Of a stretch of DNA of 64,000 nucleotides, positions 28,531 through 39,100 are shown piece after piece. The stretch comes from Nitrosopumilus sp. (lineage in GTDB: Archaea; Thermoproteota; Nitrososphaeria; Nitrososphaerales; Nitrosopumilaceae). The notes beneath the pieces are model-generated. The model ran no database searches. It saw only the letters and a list, made by a program, of their open reading frames with translations, and was not told where the DNA came from. Each line of letters opens with the position of its first letter. Within the stretch, counting starts at the first letter, position 1. The position numbers and the translations under genes were made by a program. The stretch is taken from assembly GCA_965224195.1 (NCBI GenBank), contig OZ245040.1, forward strand, positions 448,001 to 512,000, in the 5' to 3' direction.

Positions 28531-30072
28531 TTATTCAGTAGCTGCTTTGATGTATTGACCTGGATTTTTACCTTGTCCTTCTGGCAAATTTGTTATGCCT
28601 CCATTCAAACTCTCAGTCACTATGCCTTTACTTGCAAGTACTTGAGCAGTCATTAATGATGTATTTCCAGCCATGCAAATTAACAAGGATTTACCTTTAG
28701 AACCGTCTAGATCTTTACTTAATTCTTCAGGAATTTGTTGTGTGGATAATAATTGATTAATGGTGCTGGCCTTGGGTATTGCAATTTTTTCTTTATCTAT
28801 TCCTAAAGATTTAGCAATCATTTCAATTCCTTCTTCTTTTGGAGTGTATGATGTATGAACCCATATTATTTTATCATAATCTTGCACACTTGACGATGCT
28901 TCATCTAATGAAACTTGCATACGCTGATTGTTTGACATTGCTTCTAGATTTTTCCTATATTTTTCAATACCATCAGCAACTACAATTACAAATTTACCTT
29001 TATCTCCATTGCTGAGCATTTCTAAAACAGAATATAGGGCCAACGCTGTACTTTCACCAATATTATGACCTTTGTCTACAAAGAACTTGAGTAAGTGTTT
29101 TGCCTGCCCAAAATCAACTTCATGTTGGGCAGCATATGCCTCTGAATTATACAACTTTAATCCATCTGCCTTTGCTTTTGTTCTAATCCCTGCGACATCT
29201 TGACCTGGAATTGGGAATACTACATGAATTGCCTTTTTGCCATATTTTTCATTCATGTATTTACTTAATCCACCAGATGTACCGCCTGTTCCAAATGAAC
29301 ATACAATTCTATAATCTTCTAATGAATCTTCATTTTCATGTAATTGCTGATCAATTTCTACTGCTGTAATTGTTCTATGAGCTTGAATGTTTAATTCATT
29401 ATCATATTGTTCTGGACAAAAACAATCATACATTTTTGAAATCAGTTTTGCTAGATTGATGATGTCTTGTGCAGCTAATAATGATTCAACTTCAGAAATA
29501 GATTTATCATAAATTGTAGGATCAAAACCTAATTCAGTTAATTGAGATCTAATATTGGCTGCAGTTGCTTTTGCCTTTAAGGCATCAGCATCACTATCTT
29601 TCATTCCAGGAGCAGGACAAATATCCATATCCAAATCCATAATGCGAATATTTTCATCTTTTAATTCTTTAAAGACTCCTTCTTGTAATTTCCTTGAAAC
29701 TAATGACACAACAGTCAATCCAAGTTTTGACATTTGTCCAAGTGCAATTCCAAAATTCCCTGATGTTGCTTCAATAATTGTTTGATTACTTTTCAACTTT
29801 CCAGTTTTAATTGCATCATGCATAATGTGAATTGCAGGTCTGATTTTAATTGACCCTGATACTAAGTTAGCATCAAATTTTCCATACACTGTCAAATCTA
29901 AATTAGAAATATCTAGTTTGTAGAGATTTTTTGCGCATTCCTTAAAATCACTTGTGAGATCAATGAGCGGTGTGGCATTAACCACTTTATCTTCTTCTAG
30001 GTGAGGAATTTTACTCCAAATTTCTTGTTCAAATTTTTCAAGTAAAGGCTTATCAAAATCAGTTTCTGACAT
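28531..30072 (-). CDS. PLP-dependent cysteine-synthase-family enzyme with C-terminal rhodanese-like domain
   Basis: SGSIKIRPA PLP lysine, EATSGNFG, GTGGTSGG; C-terminal LLICMAGNTS...SLNGGI. Confidence 0.82.
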   Translation of the reverse strand: MSETDFDKPLLEKFEQEIWSKIPHLEEDKVVNATPLIDLTSDFKECAKNLYKLDISNLDLTVYGKFDANLVSGSIKIRPAIHIMHDAIKTGKLKSNQTIIEATSGNFGIALGQMSKLGLTVVSLVSRKLQEGVFKELKDENIRIMDLDMDICPAPGMKDSDADALKAKATAANIRSQLTELGFDPTIYDKSISEVESLLAAQDIINLAKLISKMYDCFCPEQYDNELNIQAHRTITAVEIDQQLHENEDSLEDYRIVCSFGTGGTSGGLSKYMNEKYGKKAIHVVFPIPGQDVAGIRTKAKADGLKLYNSEAYAAQHEVDFGQAKHLLKFFVDKGHNIGESTALALYSVLEMLSNGDKGKFVIVVADGIEKYRKNLEAMSNNQRMQVSLDEASSSVQDYDKIIWVHTSYTPKEEGIEMIAKSLGIDKEKIAIPKASTINQLLSTQQIPEELSKDLDGSKGKSLLICMAGNTSLMTAQVLASKGIVTESLNGGITNLPEGQGKNPGQYIKAATE

Positions 30073-30152
30073 ATTTTCTCTAGGTGCAGTTCATTTTTTG
30101 CTCATATAAAATATCTGATATTATTTGAAATTGATTCATTTTTGATTTTACC

Positions 30153-31715
30153 TTATACATCCAAAATACCGATAACCTTGTTTGGAATATCTTTTAGTCT
30201 ACTAACTGCCATAGTTTTTTCATATCCTAAATGCTTGAGATTATTTGCTATAGTGGTGGCTCTAACTGTATTTGAGCCTAAACCTAAAGCTACCATACTA
30301 ATTCCTAAATTTTTGAAAGATTTACTCATATTTCTTACTGCATCAGGATCTGATGGTTCTCCATCAGTTAATGTCAAAAAAATGTCTGGCCTCTTTGATT
30401 GTAAAATTGGAAACATTTTATCGTAAACTTCAGCTAATGGTGTTGAACCGTTAGCGACAATTTGTGTTAATCTTTTTGCGGTTATGCTATTCCATTTTAC
30501 ATTTTCTGGTTTAATTGACCAACAAACCATTGATCTATTTTCAATACTGAAAGCATAGACTGCAAATTTCACTTTGAGAAAAGATAGTACTTCACATAAT
30601 GCTAGAGTTGCCTTTTTGTATCCAATTGCATCTGATGCAATGCTGGATGAATGATCTAATAGAATTACAATTTTTGTTTTAATAGATTTTTTAATATCTG
30701 TAAAAAATGGTTCATTACCTTCAATGTAGTTTTCTTCATCAAATTCATCTCCTGAACTGAGATGTTGTTCTTTCCAACCTGTTTTCCATTCCTTGAATTT
30801 TGTTTTTAATCCATTAATCAAACTCATATCATAGATTGTTGTTTCATCTACATTTCTTGTTGATGGAATTTGAATTCCTATTGTTTCTGTTGCTAATCCT
30901 TTATTTTCAGTTTTTTTATTTTCATCTAATAGTACTTTGTATTCATCATAAACATCCTCTCCTCTAATTACTGATTTTGGATCAATAGTACCCAAGTCAC
31001 CTTCTTTATTTTTAGAAATCACTTTAAGCACTTTTAGTAATTCTTCTTCTGATAACGCCATTCCCGCTTTCATAAAAGGCAAAGAAATTGGAATTGTTAA
31101 AAGGGAATCAATATCTAATATTTTTATAATTTCACTAACATTTTTTTCAATCCAATCAGTACTTTGTTTTTTTCCATTTGCTTGATCAACAATTGATTTG
31201 GCAAAAATTGATGCTTTTTTTATTTTTTCAAAGTTACTTGATTGAATTTCGCCTTTCAACGCTCCAAACATGAAGTATTGATAAAATGCCTCTACAATTC
31301 TTGCTTTCCCATAAACTGTGTGTAATTGTGGTCTTGTTACAAGCATATACGTATAATTGAAAATAATTTCTTCATCCATACCTTTCCAAATTCTTCTTCC
31401 TAATTTTTCAATTCTTTGAGTCTCCATTGTATTAAGAATAAATCCAAATGCATGATCATTACTAAGAATTTTTTTACAATGTTTTATTCTCATGGCCTCA
31501 TACCATAATGACGTTCTAAATTGACGATATTTTTGAAAATCATTTCCAATTCGTTTTTCCATTGGAGTTAAGATTACTTTGTTCTCTTTTAGACGTGTTT
31601 TTGTTTCTGTTTTATCAGAAATTTCTACAATAATGTTTTCTTTTTCAGACCATCTTCTAACAAGAAAAGTTGCTATTTCAACTAAAGAATCATTTTGTAA
31701 TTGAATTGATTGCAT
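30153..31715 (-). CDS. von Willebrand factor A domain protein (NorD/CbbO-like)
   Basis: LLDHSSSI MIDAS, GSTPL, LTDGEP. Confidence 0.88.
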   Translation of the reverse strand: MQSIQLQNDSLVEIATFLVRRWSEKENIIVEISDKTETKTRLKENKVILTPMEKRIGNDFQKYRQFRTSLWYEAMRIKHCKKILSNDHAFGFILNTMETQRIEKLGRRIWKGMDEEIIFNYTYMLVTRPQLHTVYGKARIVEAFYQYFMFGALKGEIQSSNFEKIKKASIFAKSIVDQANGKKQSTDWIEKNVSEIIKILDIDSLLTIPISLPFMKAGMALSEEELLKVLKVISKNKEGDLGTIDPKSVIRGEDVYDEYKVLLDENKKTENKGLATETIGIQIPSTRNVDETTIYDMSLINGLKTKFKEWKTGWKEQHLSSGDEFDEENYIEGNEPFFTDIKKSIKTKIVILLDHSSSIASDAIGYKKATLALCEVLSFLKVKFAVYAFSIENRSMVCWSIKPENVKWNSITAKRLTQIVANGSTPLAEVYDKMFPILQSKRPDIFLTLTDGEPSDPDAVRNMSKSFKNLGISMVALGLGSNTVRATTIANNLKHLGYEKTMAVSRLKDIPNKVIGILDV

Positions 31716-32510
31716 TTAGTTTCCAAACATTGAAGTTATGATATCGCTTACTTTTTGATACTCTAGATCTCCCCATTGTGTATAGACATTCCCAAAAACA
31801 ATTTCAGCCACTGCTTTTGCTGCCATTCCTTTATCCAATAATTTAGCAAAAGCAATTGTTTCCCTTAAGCTTGGTGAATAAAATAATTCTTCAACTGCAG
31901 CAGCTTGTCTTAATGTATTTGCTAGTTTAATTGCCTGAATCATTTCTGATTCGTGATTTCCTGAAAAATATTTTTTTGTAATTTCTAATTCTATATTCTC
32001 TGGTGGATATTCTAATCTAATTCGTACTGGAAATCTGCTTAACAATTGCGGTGGTAATTCTTTTGTTCCGTTGTGTGATAATGGGTTAATTGTTGAAACT
32101 ACAAACCAATTTTCTTTTGCTTTGATAACTTCACCTGTTGACTCTTTTAAGACAATTTGACGTCTATCATCTAATGCTTCATCTAATCTAAGTAAAACAT
32201 CTGCTTCTGCTGAATTAATTTCATCTAGGTAGAGCATATCTCCACTCTTCATTGATTTGATTAACAGACCTTCATCAAAACTGACTGTTCCATCTGTTAG
32301 TGTCTTAGTACCCACTAAATGACTCTCTCTAGTCCTTAAACTAAAATTGATAGAGTCTAAATTGATATTTTTATTTTTGGCAAAATCTCTAACTAAGGAT
32401 GTTTTTCCAGTTCCTTTTGGACCTATTATAAGCACAAAAAGACCTGCCTCGTATGCTTTGTTTAGAATTTGAATTGAATTGTTCCAGTCAAGATATTGAG
32501 CTTCTTCCAA
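31716..32510 (-). CDS. MoxR-type AAA+ ATPase (CbbQ/NorQ-like)
   Basis: GPKGTGKT, LYLDEIN, LLSRF, SPSLRE; adjacent to the vWA gene. Confidence 0.9.
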   Translation of the reverse strand: MEEAQYLDWNNSIQILNKAYEAGLFVLIIGPKGTGKTSLVRDFAKNKNINLDSINFSLRTRESHLVGTKTLTDGTVSFDEGLLIKSMKSGDMLYLDEINSAEADVLLRLDEALDDRRQIVLKESTGEVIKAKENWFVVSTINPLSHNGTKELPPQLLSRFPVRIRLEYPPENIELEITKKYFSGNHESEMIQAIKLANTLRQAAAVEELFYSPSLRETIAFAKLLDKGMAAKAVAEIVFGNVYTQWGDLEYQKVSDIITSMFGN

Positions 32511-32550
32511 AGTATGTTTTCAATGATTTCTACAATATTTAATATTAGAT

Positions 32551-34008
32551 CTAAGAATCAAATGATTCTATTTTTGTAAATGCTTCCTCTAGTCTTTGAT
32601 GTAGTGTTTTATTCCATGCATCAAATCCTGATGGATCTTTTGGATAGTTGTTATAATGTTCAACCAACCATTGGTTCTCTTTAGAAGTATATCTGAGTCC
32701 GTCTGCAACTGTTTTATTCATTGCACCTCTGATAATCATTCCAATTTTCCCTAATCCTGAAAAGTCTGGATGTTCACCTTTACTAATTGATTCAGCGTCA
32801 AGTTTACCCAAAAAGTGTTTCATTCCATAACTGATTTGCTCATTAGACATTTGTTGTATTAATCGTCTAAAGAGTTCAAGACCTGCAGTTTTGTATCCAT
32901 ACTCTTTGATGTAATCTAAATTGTATTGCCATAAACCTGCTTCAGAAACATCATTTGCTTCTAATGCTTGAGTTACATTATTTCCTAGAATTGTACCTGC
33001 AATTAAAGCAGGTCCTATACCGCCAGCATCAATTGGTTTTGGCATCCATGCTGAATCTCCAACCATCACGTAACCTCCTGATACCATGCAATCGTTTTGT
33101 CTTCTAACTGAAACTTGGAATACTCCTGAATTATTGTTAATGTCTTGTGATTCTTCTGATAATTTTGCATTTTTAATTGCAGTATTTCTGTAAAGATATT
33201 CTTTCATTAGTGATTCAACATTATCTTTTTTACCTAATCTTTTGTTTCTTTTATCTAAAAGAGATTTTTCAACTCCTAAACCAATGTTAACTTTAGTATC
33301 TCCTTTTGGAAATACCCATCCATATCCTCCCGGTGCGATATCTTGATCTAAATGAATAATACAATAATCTGGATCAAATTCAGTAAGATCTCTTTGACCT
33401 TTTTCAAAATGCATGATGTATCTTCCAGTCGATTCTAAATCTCTCTTATCGATTCTTTTTTCTACTTTAGTAGAGTTCTGAAGACCATTTCTAAGCATGG
33501 ATGTAACTCCTATTGCATCAATTACAATTTTTGATGTTTTTTTGAATGGTTGTTTTGTTTTGTTATCTACTCCTTGAATTCCAACTGCTTGTTGGCCTTT
33601 ATAAATTAAACCTGTAATATTAATTTCATATTCAAATTCAATACCCATTTTTTTACATCTTTCATTTTGAATTTCTGGTAATTTTTGACGATTTAACATA
33701 AATCCGTCACCATCAAAAGGAATTGAAGTTTCTTTATCTGGTGATAATGCCATGACTCCTTTTACGTCATGTTCGATTTCTGGTCTAGTCCATTCAACTT
33801 TGATTCTCTCTGTCATAAAATCAACTGCTTCTTTAGAGCATGCATCTCCACATACCCATCCAGCTAGTGATTTACGACCTGGTAAAAATTCTGTATTTCT
33901 ATCAACAACTAAGATTTTCAAATTTTGTTTTGAATAGTGAGAAATAGCTTGTGCCGTAATTGTACCTGTAAGGCCTCCTCCTGCAATTATAACATCATAA
34001 TCTGCCAC
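32551..34008 (-). CDS. geranylgeranyl-reductase-family FAD oxidoreductase
   Basis: DVIIAGGGLTG, CGDA, PGGYGWVFPKG, VGDSA...GGGI-like motif. Confidence 0.88.
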   Translation of the reverse strand: MADYDVIIAGGGLTGTITAQAISHYSKQNLKILVVDRNTEFLPGRKSLAGWVCGDACSKEAVDFMTERIKVEWTRPEIEHDVKGVMALSPDKETSIPFDGDGFMLNRQKLPEIQNERCKKMGIEFEYEINITGLIYKGQQAVGIQGVDNKTKQPFKKTSKIVIDAIGVTSMLRNGLQNSTKVEKRIDKRDLESTGRYIMHFEKGQRDLTEFDPDYCIIHLDQDIAPGGYGWVFPKGDTKVNIGLGVEKSLLDKRNKRLGKKDNVESLMKEYLYRNTAIKNAKLSEESQDINNNSGVFQVSVRRQNDCMVSGGYVMVGDSAWMPKPIDAGGIGPALIAGTILGNNVTQALEANDVSEAGLWQYNLDYIKEYGYKTAGLELFRRLIQQMSNEQISYGMKHFLGKLDAESISKGEHPDFSGLGKIGMIIRGAMNKTVADGLRYTSKENQWLVEHYNNYPKDPSGFDAWNKTLHQRLEEAFTKIESFDS

Positions 34009-34095
34009 GATATTGGGGTTTGTCTATCCGTATTTAAAATAATACCATGAAATAGTCTGCAAAATCGATAACTCAAAATTATTGATCGATAATAT

Positions 34096-34163
34096 GGGTC
34101 GGTTCGTCGCGGCGTCTTCAAAGCTTTCGCTCAGACTGGAGCGGCTAATATTTCCTCATTCCC
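34096..34163 (-). ncRNA. C/D-box-like guide sRNA
   Basis: Minus strand GGGA-ATGAGGA(C)-guide-CTGA(D')-GCGAAAGC-TTGAAGA(C')-12-nt guide-CCGA(D)-CCC; TTAAATA box about 20-25 nt upstream. Confidence 0.7.
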
Positions 34164-34194
34164 AAATTGTGTAGTTGTTTTATTCCTATTTAAT

Positions 34195-34623
34195 CTAGTT
34201 GACCTTATCAAAAATTTCTGTAAATATTTTGATTGTATCTTTTTTGTTGTAAATGGGGGTGTGAATTTTTAATTTTATTGTCTCTTTTTCACTAACTATT
34301 AGATTACCTTTGATTAATCCCTGCTTGTCTAATCTCATGTGGAACTTAGAATCATCTGTTCTTTCTTCAATTTCTTCAGTTAATTCATTGATTTGTTCAA
34401 CTGGTAAGAGTTCAAGCATTTTACTCATTAAATTTTGAGCCTGTTTTTTTACAATTTTTGCCTTTAGCATGATGATTGGATTTTCATAATGTCCTTCCAC
34501 TTCTTCTCGTGTAAAATCATCTTCTTTCAAATTCAAAACATTTTCAAAAGATTGAAAAATTTTTGAAATATCTTCTGTTGCGTGAACAATTACGTCAATT
34601 ATAATTTCAATCTTACGTACCAT
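34195..34623 (-). CDS. DUF54-like RNA-binding protein
   Basis: HATED, EGHYENPI, RLDKQ. Confidence 0.85.
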   Translation of the reverse strand: MVRKIEIIIDVIVHATEDISKIFQSFENVLNLKEDDFTREEVEGHYENPIIMLKAKIVKKQAQNLMSKMLELLPVEQINELTEEIEERTDDSKFHMRLDKQGLIKGNLIVSEKETIKLKIHTPIYNKKDTIKIFTEIFDKVN

Positions 34624-34650
34624 GATATTGTAAAAGAATAACCCTATTGG

Positions 34651-35262
34651 CTATGCTTCTAGTAATTTTGTTTCTTTGTCTGCAGTTCTGATAAGTTTCA
34701 CTTTCTCTAGACCTACATGTCTTACTCTAATTACTCTCTTGAATGCTGCCATAATGTCTGAATTAATTTTACTGTAACATGTTGCTTGCACAAATTGATC
34801 AATTGTCATTTCTGGAATTGTTTTGTTAATTACCTCTTGAGCAATTAATCTAAGAGCATGCTGTCTGGATGTGTTTAGTTGTCTATGTGTTAGAGCCAAC
34901 AATTTAATTCTAAAGATATAGCCATCTTTAGTTTTGATATCAATAGAGAAATTAATTTTTGATGATCCTCTTCTTACTAAGCTGCGTAAAAATTCTTTTG
35001 AATATTCATATCTTTTGAAAATTGTTGTAGCTCTGTCTCCATCAATTTTGTGAATTTGGAAATAGATTTTGTATTGATGTTGTGAAGGATCTCCTTTTAA
35101 AATGTCATATAGTGTAACTTCAATGACTCTGCCTACTGCATTTTCGTCATCTGTAATTGGAACATATGCAATTGGGACATTGTTGAATGAATCTGGTGCA
35201 TATACTGTAACCCAGCGTTTTTCTCGCCACTTGTCCTTTACTCGACCTTTTCTACGTGCCAA
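34651..35262 (-). CDS. rps3ae: 30S ribosomal protein S3Ae (eS1)
   Basis: KDKWREKRW, GRVIEVTL, RSLVRRGSSKI. Confidence 0.95.
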   Translation of the reverse strand: MARRKGRVKDKWREKRWVTVYAPDSFNNVPIAYVPITDDENAVGRVIEVTLYDILKGDPSQHQYKIYFQIHKIDGDRATTIFKRYEYSKEFLRSLVRRGSSKINFSIDIKTKDGYIFRIKLLALTHRQLNTSRQHALRLIAQEVINKTIPEMTIDQFVQATCYSKINSDIMAAFKRVIRVRHVGLEKVKLIRTADKETKLLEA

Positions 35263-35302
35263 TTATTAACGACCTTTGAATCCAAAATATAAGGGTATAT
35301 CA

Positions 35303-36571
35303 CTAGATCTCTTTCTGATTTCCCATGTAATTCTGTAAAACACTGGGAATTCTAATGTGGCCATCTTTAGTTTGGAAATTCTCCATTATTGATACCATCA
35401 CCCTGGTTGTGGCTATCAAAGTACTGTTTAGAGTGTGTAAGTATTGTGTATCTTCATTTGTTTTATCTCTAAATCTAATTTTCAATCTTCTTGCTTGATA
35501 ATCTAAACAGTTTGAACATGAAACAATTTCTCTGTATGCGTTTTGTCCTGCCATCCAAGCTTCAATGTCATATGTCTTTGCAGAAACCTTTCCCATATCT
35601 CCAGATGATAGTAACATTACTCTGTGAGGAATTTCCAAGCTTTGATAAAATTCTTCAGCTACTGCTAACATTTTTTCATGTTCCTTCCAAGAATCTTCAG
35701 GTCTTGAAAATACAAATTGTTCAATTTTGTCAAATTGATGAACTCTGAAAATTCCTTTCTGATCTCTTCCATGAGCTCCTGCTTCTTTTCTAAAACATGG
35801 GCTAACCCCTGCATATCTTAATGGTAGTTCTTTACCTTCTAGGATTTCTTTTGCCTTCATTGCTGCCATGGCGTGCTCAGATGTTCCTATCATGTATAGA
35901 TCTTCATCTTCAACTTTGTAAATTACCTCTTCAAAATCATCTGCAATTACAGCCCCCTCCATTGATTCTCGATTAATCATGTATGGAGGTTGAACAAGTG
36001 AATACTCTTTTTTTGCCAGAAAATCTAATCCATAGTGGATTAATGATTGATTCAATCTAACAAGGTCATTTTTCAAATAATAAAATCTAGCCCCTGCTAC
36101 TTTGGCAGCTCTTTCTAGGTCTACTAAATCTAAATTTTCAGAGATATCAATATGATCATTTATTTTAAAATCGAAATTTGGAATTTCTCCCCATTTTTTA
36201 ATTTCTTTGTTTGAATTTTCGTCTACTCCGATAGGAACTGATTCATGAACGAGGTTTGGAATTGTTAATGCTAATTTAGAATATGTTTTTTCAACTGATT
36301 CTTGTTCAGATTCTAGTTTTGATAGTTGAGATGAAACTTCTTTCATTTCTGATAAAATCGAAGATGCATCTTCTCCTGCTTTCTTTTTTTGAGAAATCTC
36401 TAAAGCAACTTGGTTTTTCTTTTTTCTTAATTCATCTGTTTTAAGAATAAATTCACGTCTTTTTTGATTCGATTCAATTAGTGTGTCTAAATCAAAATCA
36501 ATAGCTCTTGCTTTGAGCATATCTCGAATTACTTGCGGTTTCTCTTTGATTAGTTTAGGATCTAACATCAC
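35303..36571 (-). CDS. serS: serine--tRNA ligase
   Basis: N-terminal coiled coil, GTSE, FRKEAG...RVHQF, EIVSCSNC, HTLN. Confidence 0.97.
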   Translation of the reverse strand: MMLDPKLIKEKPQVIRDMLKARAIDFDLDTLIESNQKRREFILKTDELRKKKNQVALEISQKKKAGEDASSILSEMKEVSSQLSKLESEQESVEKTYSKLALTIPNLVHESVPIGVDENSNKEIKKWGEIPNFDFKINDHIDISENLDLVDLERAAKVAGARFYYLKNDLVRLNQSLIHYGLDFLAKKEYSLVQPPYMINRESMEGAVIADDFEEVIYKVEDEDLYMIGTSEHAMAAMKAKEILEGKELPLRYAGVSPCFRKEAGAHGRDQKGIFRVHQFDKIEQFVFSRPEDSWKEHEKMLAVAEEFYQSLEIPHRVMLLSSGDMGKVSAKTYDIEAWMAGQNAYREIVSCSNCLDYQARRLKIRFRDKTNEDTQYLHTLNSTLIATTRVMVSIMENFQTKDGHIRIPSVLQNYMGNQKEI

Positions 36572-36810
36572 TCAATCACCTTTAGAGCGACTTGGATATG
36601 TTCCATGACTTCATCAACTGTACTTGTAAGCTGTTTCATATTCTTTTTACTTTTAAAATTAAAAACAAGTTTGTTATCAATATTTTCAACATAAAGACTC
36701 AATCCTTCTGGAAAATCTATGTTGTCTGGTTCTAAGGCTTTTTTCACGGTTTCAGCTTTTTCTTTTGATATATTATTGAGAATTACCTGAACTTGGCACG
36801 TTAATGACAT
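36568..36810 (-). CDS. pcc1: KEOPS subunit Pcc1
   Basis: KALEPDN motif; size and conserved rps15-DHH-pcc1-serS-rps3ae context. Confidence 0.75.
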   Translation of the reverse strand: MSLTCQVQVILNNISKEKAETVKKALEPDNIDFPEGLSLYVENIDNKLVFNFKSKKNMKQLTSTVDEVMEHIQVALKVIE

Positions 36811-38194
36811 TTACTTCTAAATAGTTAAGAAATTCATCCAATTTGTCTTTAGTTATTTTGGCTCCTGCAGCAGCATTATGACCTCCTCCAATACCATCAA
36901 ATTTCTCGGCTCCATTTCTCATAATTTCACTGAGATTGATATCTGATGTACACCCAAAAGATTTCCTTGATGAGAACTTTATTGTATTCTCTTCTGCCTT
37001 TGTTCTCAATATTACAATTTTTCCAGAGTTTTTTGGTGAACCTGCAATTAATGATGAAATTGTTCCTGTCATTGTTTCTGGAACTATGTCTTCACCGTTT
37101 ACCATTATACATGTCTCACTTTCTGAAATTCTCCATCTTTCATTTGATAAAATATTCATGTATTCTCTAATCATTTTTCTATAATCTGTTAGAATGGTTT
37201 CTGCTTCTCGTAGAATTTTATTTCTATCTCCCATACATACTGCCATTCCAACTCCTGAACGATTAATTCTACCACAAGAGTTTAGCATAGTTGAAAATTC
37301 TCTTCCATCTCTTAGGAAACTTCTATTATCTTCCCTTGGAAATGTGTAGGTATATCCGATTAATTCTGACATTAGTTCAGTAGTATTTTTTCCAGATGCA
37401 AATTTTGTAATTGATTCAATAACTTGTCTTTTTTCCTCTTCATTAATCTCGGCTGGTACTCTCCATCTACCTTCTTCTTTGAGATTGACTCCTGATGATT
37501 TTAGTAATGAAAAACATGCTTCTCTATTCCAGGTTAGTCCTTCAATAAATGGTTGAGATGTAAATGCCAAGGCATCTGCAAGAGGCCTAGTCTCTCTTCC
37601 AACTAACAACAAGTCTAAATCAATTTCCACTAAACCTAATTCCTTAGCAGTATTTGCAATCTCATAATTTTTACCTGTAAATGATTTTCTCTCTCCTTGG
37701 TCTTGCCTATCGCCTAATGCAGAAACAACAGCTAATGCAGATAAATCTGAATTTCTTTCATCTAATGCTTCTGATGCTAGATACGCCATTCCTCCAGCAC
37801 AAATATCAGCTCCTCCATCAATTCCATACTTCCAAGAATTTATGACATTTTGATTATCTAATTCTTCATCTGGAATTTGATGATGATCTAAAACAATCCA
37901 ATTGTCTCCTAATGTTTTGTCTAGTTCATTTGCAAAACCTCCTCCTAGATCAGTTACTACATGAAAATCTCTAGAATCTTTTTTGAATGACTCTAGAACA
38001 TTCTTGCTAAATTCTTTTGATGTTCTAACTGTGCAATTGGCCCCTGCTCTGATTAGGGCTTTTGTAATAATACTGCCAGAAGTAAGTCCATCACAATCAA
38101 TATGTGTTGTAACTGAAATTGATTTTTTTGATTTTATACAATCTATAATTTTATCTTTGAAAAATGAAAGTGATTCATCTAGTGATTTTGTCAT
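36773..38194 (-). CDS. DHH-family phosphoesterase (RecJ-like)
   Basis: HIDCDG, LDHH, GGGHNAAAG. Confidence 0.92.
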   Translation of the reverse strand: MTKSLDESLSFFKDKIIDCIKSKKSISVTTHIDCDGLTSGSIITKALIRAGANCTVRTSKEFSKNVLESFKKDSRDFHVVTDLGGGFANELDKTLGDNWIVLDHHQIPDEELDNQNVINSWKYGIDGGADICAGGMAYLASEALDERNSDLSALAVVSALGDRQDQGERKSFTGKNYEIANTAKELGLVEIDLDLLLVGRETRPLADALAFTSQPFIEGLTWNREACFSLLKSSGVNLKEEGRWRVPAEINEEEKRQVIESITKFASGKNTTELMSELIGYTYTFPREDNRSFLRDGREFSTMLNSCGRINRSGVGMAVCMGDRNKILREAETILTDYRKMIREYMNILSNERWRISESETCIMVNGEDIVPETMTGTISSLIAGSPKNSGKIVILRTKAEENTIKFSSRKSFGCTSDINLSEIMRNGAEKFDGIGGGHNAAAGAKITKDKLDEFLNYLEVNVINVPSSGNSQ

Positions 38195-38643
38195 TACTCT
38201 AGTTGAGCAACCACGGATTTATACTTCCATGTTTTATCAATTCTTCCAATTCTTTTGTAATAGACTGATAGTCTGTGAACTTTGGCTTCAATTAATTCCA
38301 AAGATCTTACGTTTCTGTTATCTCCCTTGTTTGCTTTGAGGTGTTTTTGAAGACCAACTGCTTTTCTAACAATATTTTCAAGATCTTCAGGCATTTCAGC
38401 TTTCAAATCATTTTCCTCCAAAATTTGGCCCATACTCTTTTTGGTAATTGGTTTGATTAGTGAAATGGAATGTTGATCTCTCAGTTTAATTCCGATTTGA
38501 CTTGGAGTCAAACCATCTTTAGAATATTTAATTACTAATTCTTCAATTTCTACTGGACTTTGTGTGATCCATGATGGTGCACGAAGTGTAGCTGGTCTAA
38601 TGGAGTGTGATTTTCCATGTCTATGTGTGTGCATTCTTCCCAT
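38194..38643 (-). CDS. rps15: 30S ribosomal protein S15 (uS15)
   Basis: MGRMH..., PSQIGIKLRDQH, PEDL, LIEAKVHRL. Confidence 0.96.
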   Translation of the reverse strand: MGRMHTHRHGKSHSIRPATLRAPSWITQSPVEIEELVIKYSKDGLTPSQIGIKLRDQHSISLIKPITKKSMGQILEENDLKAEMPEDLENIVRKAVGLQKHLKANKGDNRNVRSLELIEAKVHRLSVYYKRIGRIDKTWKYKSVVAQLE

Positions 38644-38767
38644 GATTTGGCTCACCATAGAACAGAATTAAACGTTACTTATACTGATCTCGTACAATAT
38701 ACCAAAATTTGATGTTCAGAATAAAAGTTAAATAAGTCTCATCAGTCAAAACGAGCAGGTAAACCGT

Positions 38768-39100
38768 ATGAATACAAAAATACTTTTAGCAGCATCCTTA
38801 ATCGCTGTCTTCACTGTAGGACTCTATGCAGAAAGTGCAGTAGCATTTGCACAGTACATGGGTAACGTCGGTAGTGAAGGACAAACCGGATCATACACAT
38901 TAGAAGAAGCACTTGAGATTCAAACAAGAAGAATCGCATCAGCTGAAGCAAATCCAGCAGCTGGTTCAGGAACTCCATACATTAGTGCAGATGGTGTTGT
39001 TGGTGCAGCAGTTATTGCAGGTGCAGTGTTCGGTGGTATTGCAGGAGCCTTCTTTATTAAAGGAAGATCTGGCAAATACGCAGCAATGGGAAGAGGATAA
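38768..39100 (+). CDS. amoZ: probable ammonia monooxygenase subunit AmoZ
   Basis: Signal peptide ending AFA, C-terminal TM helix followed by GKYAAMGRG; position beside the amo cluster matches the published amoY/Z synteny as I recall it. Confidence 0.65.
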   Translation: MNTKILLAASLIAVFTVGLYAESAVAFAQYMGNVGSEGQTGSYTLEEALEIQTRRIASAEANPAAGSGTPYISADGVVGAAVIAGAVFGGIAGAFFIKGRSGKYAAMGRG

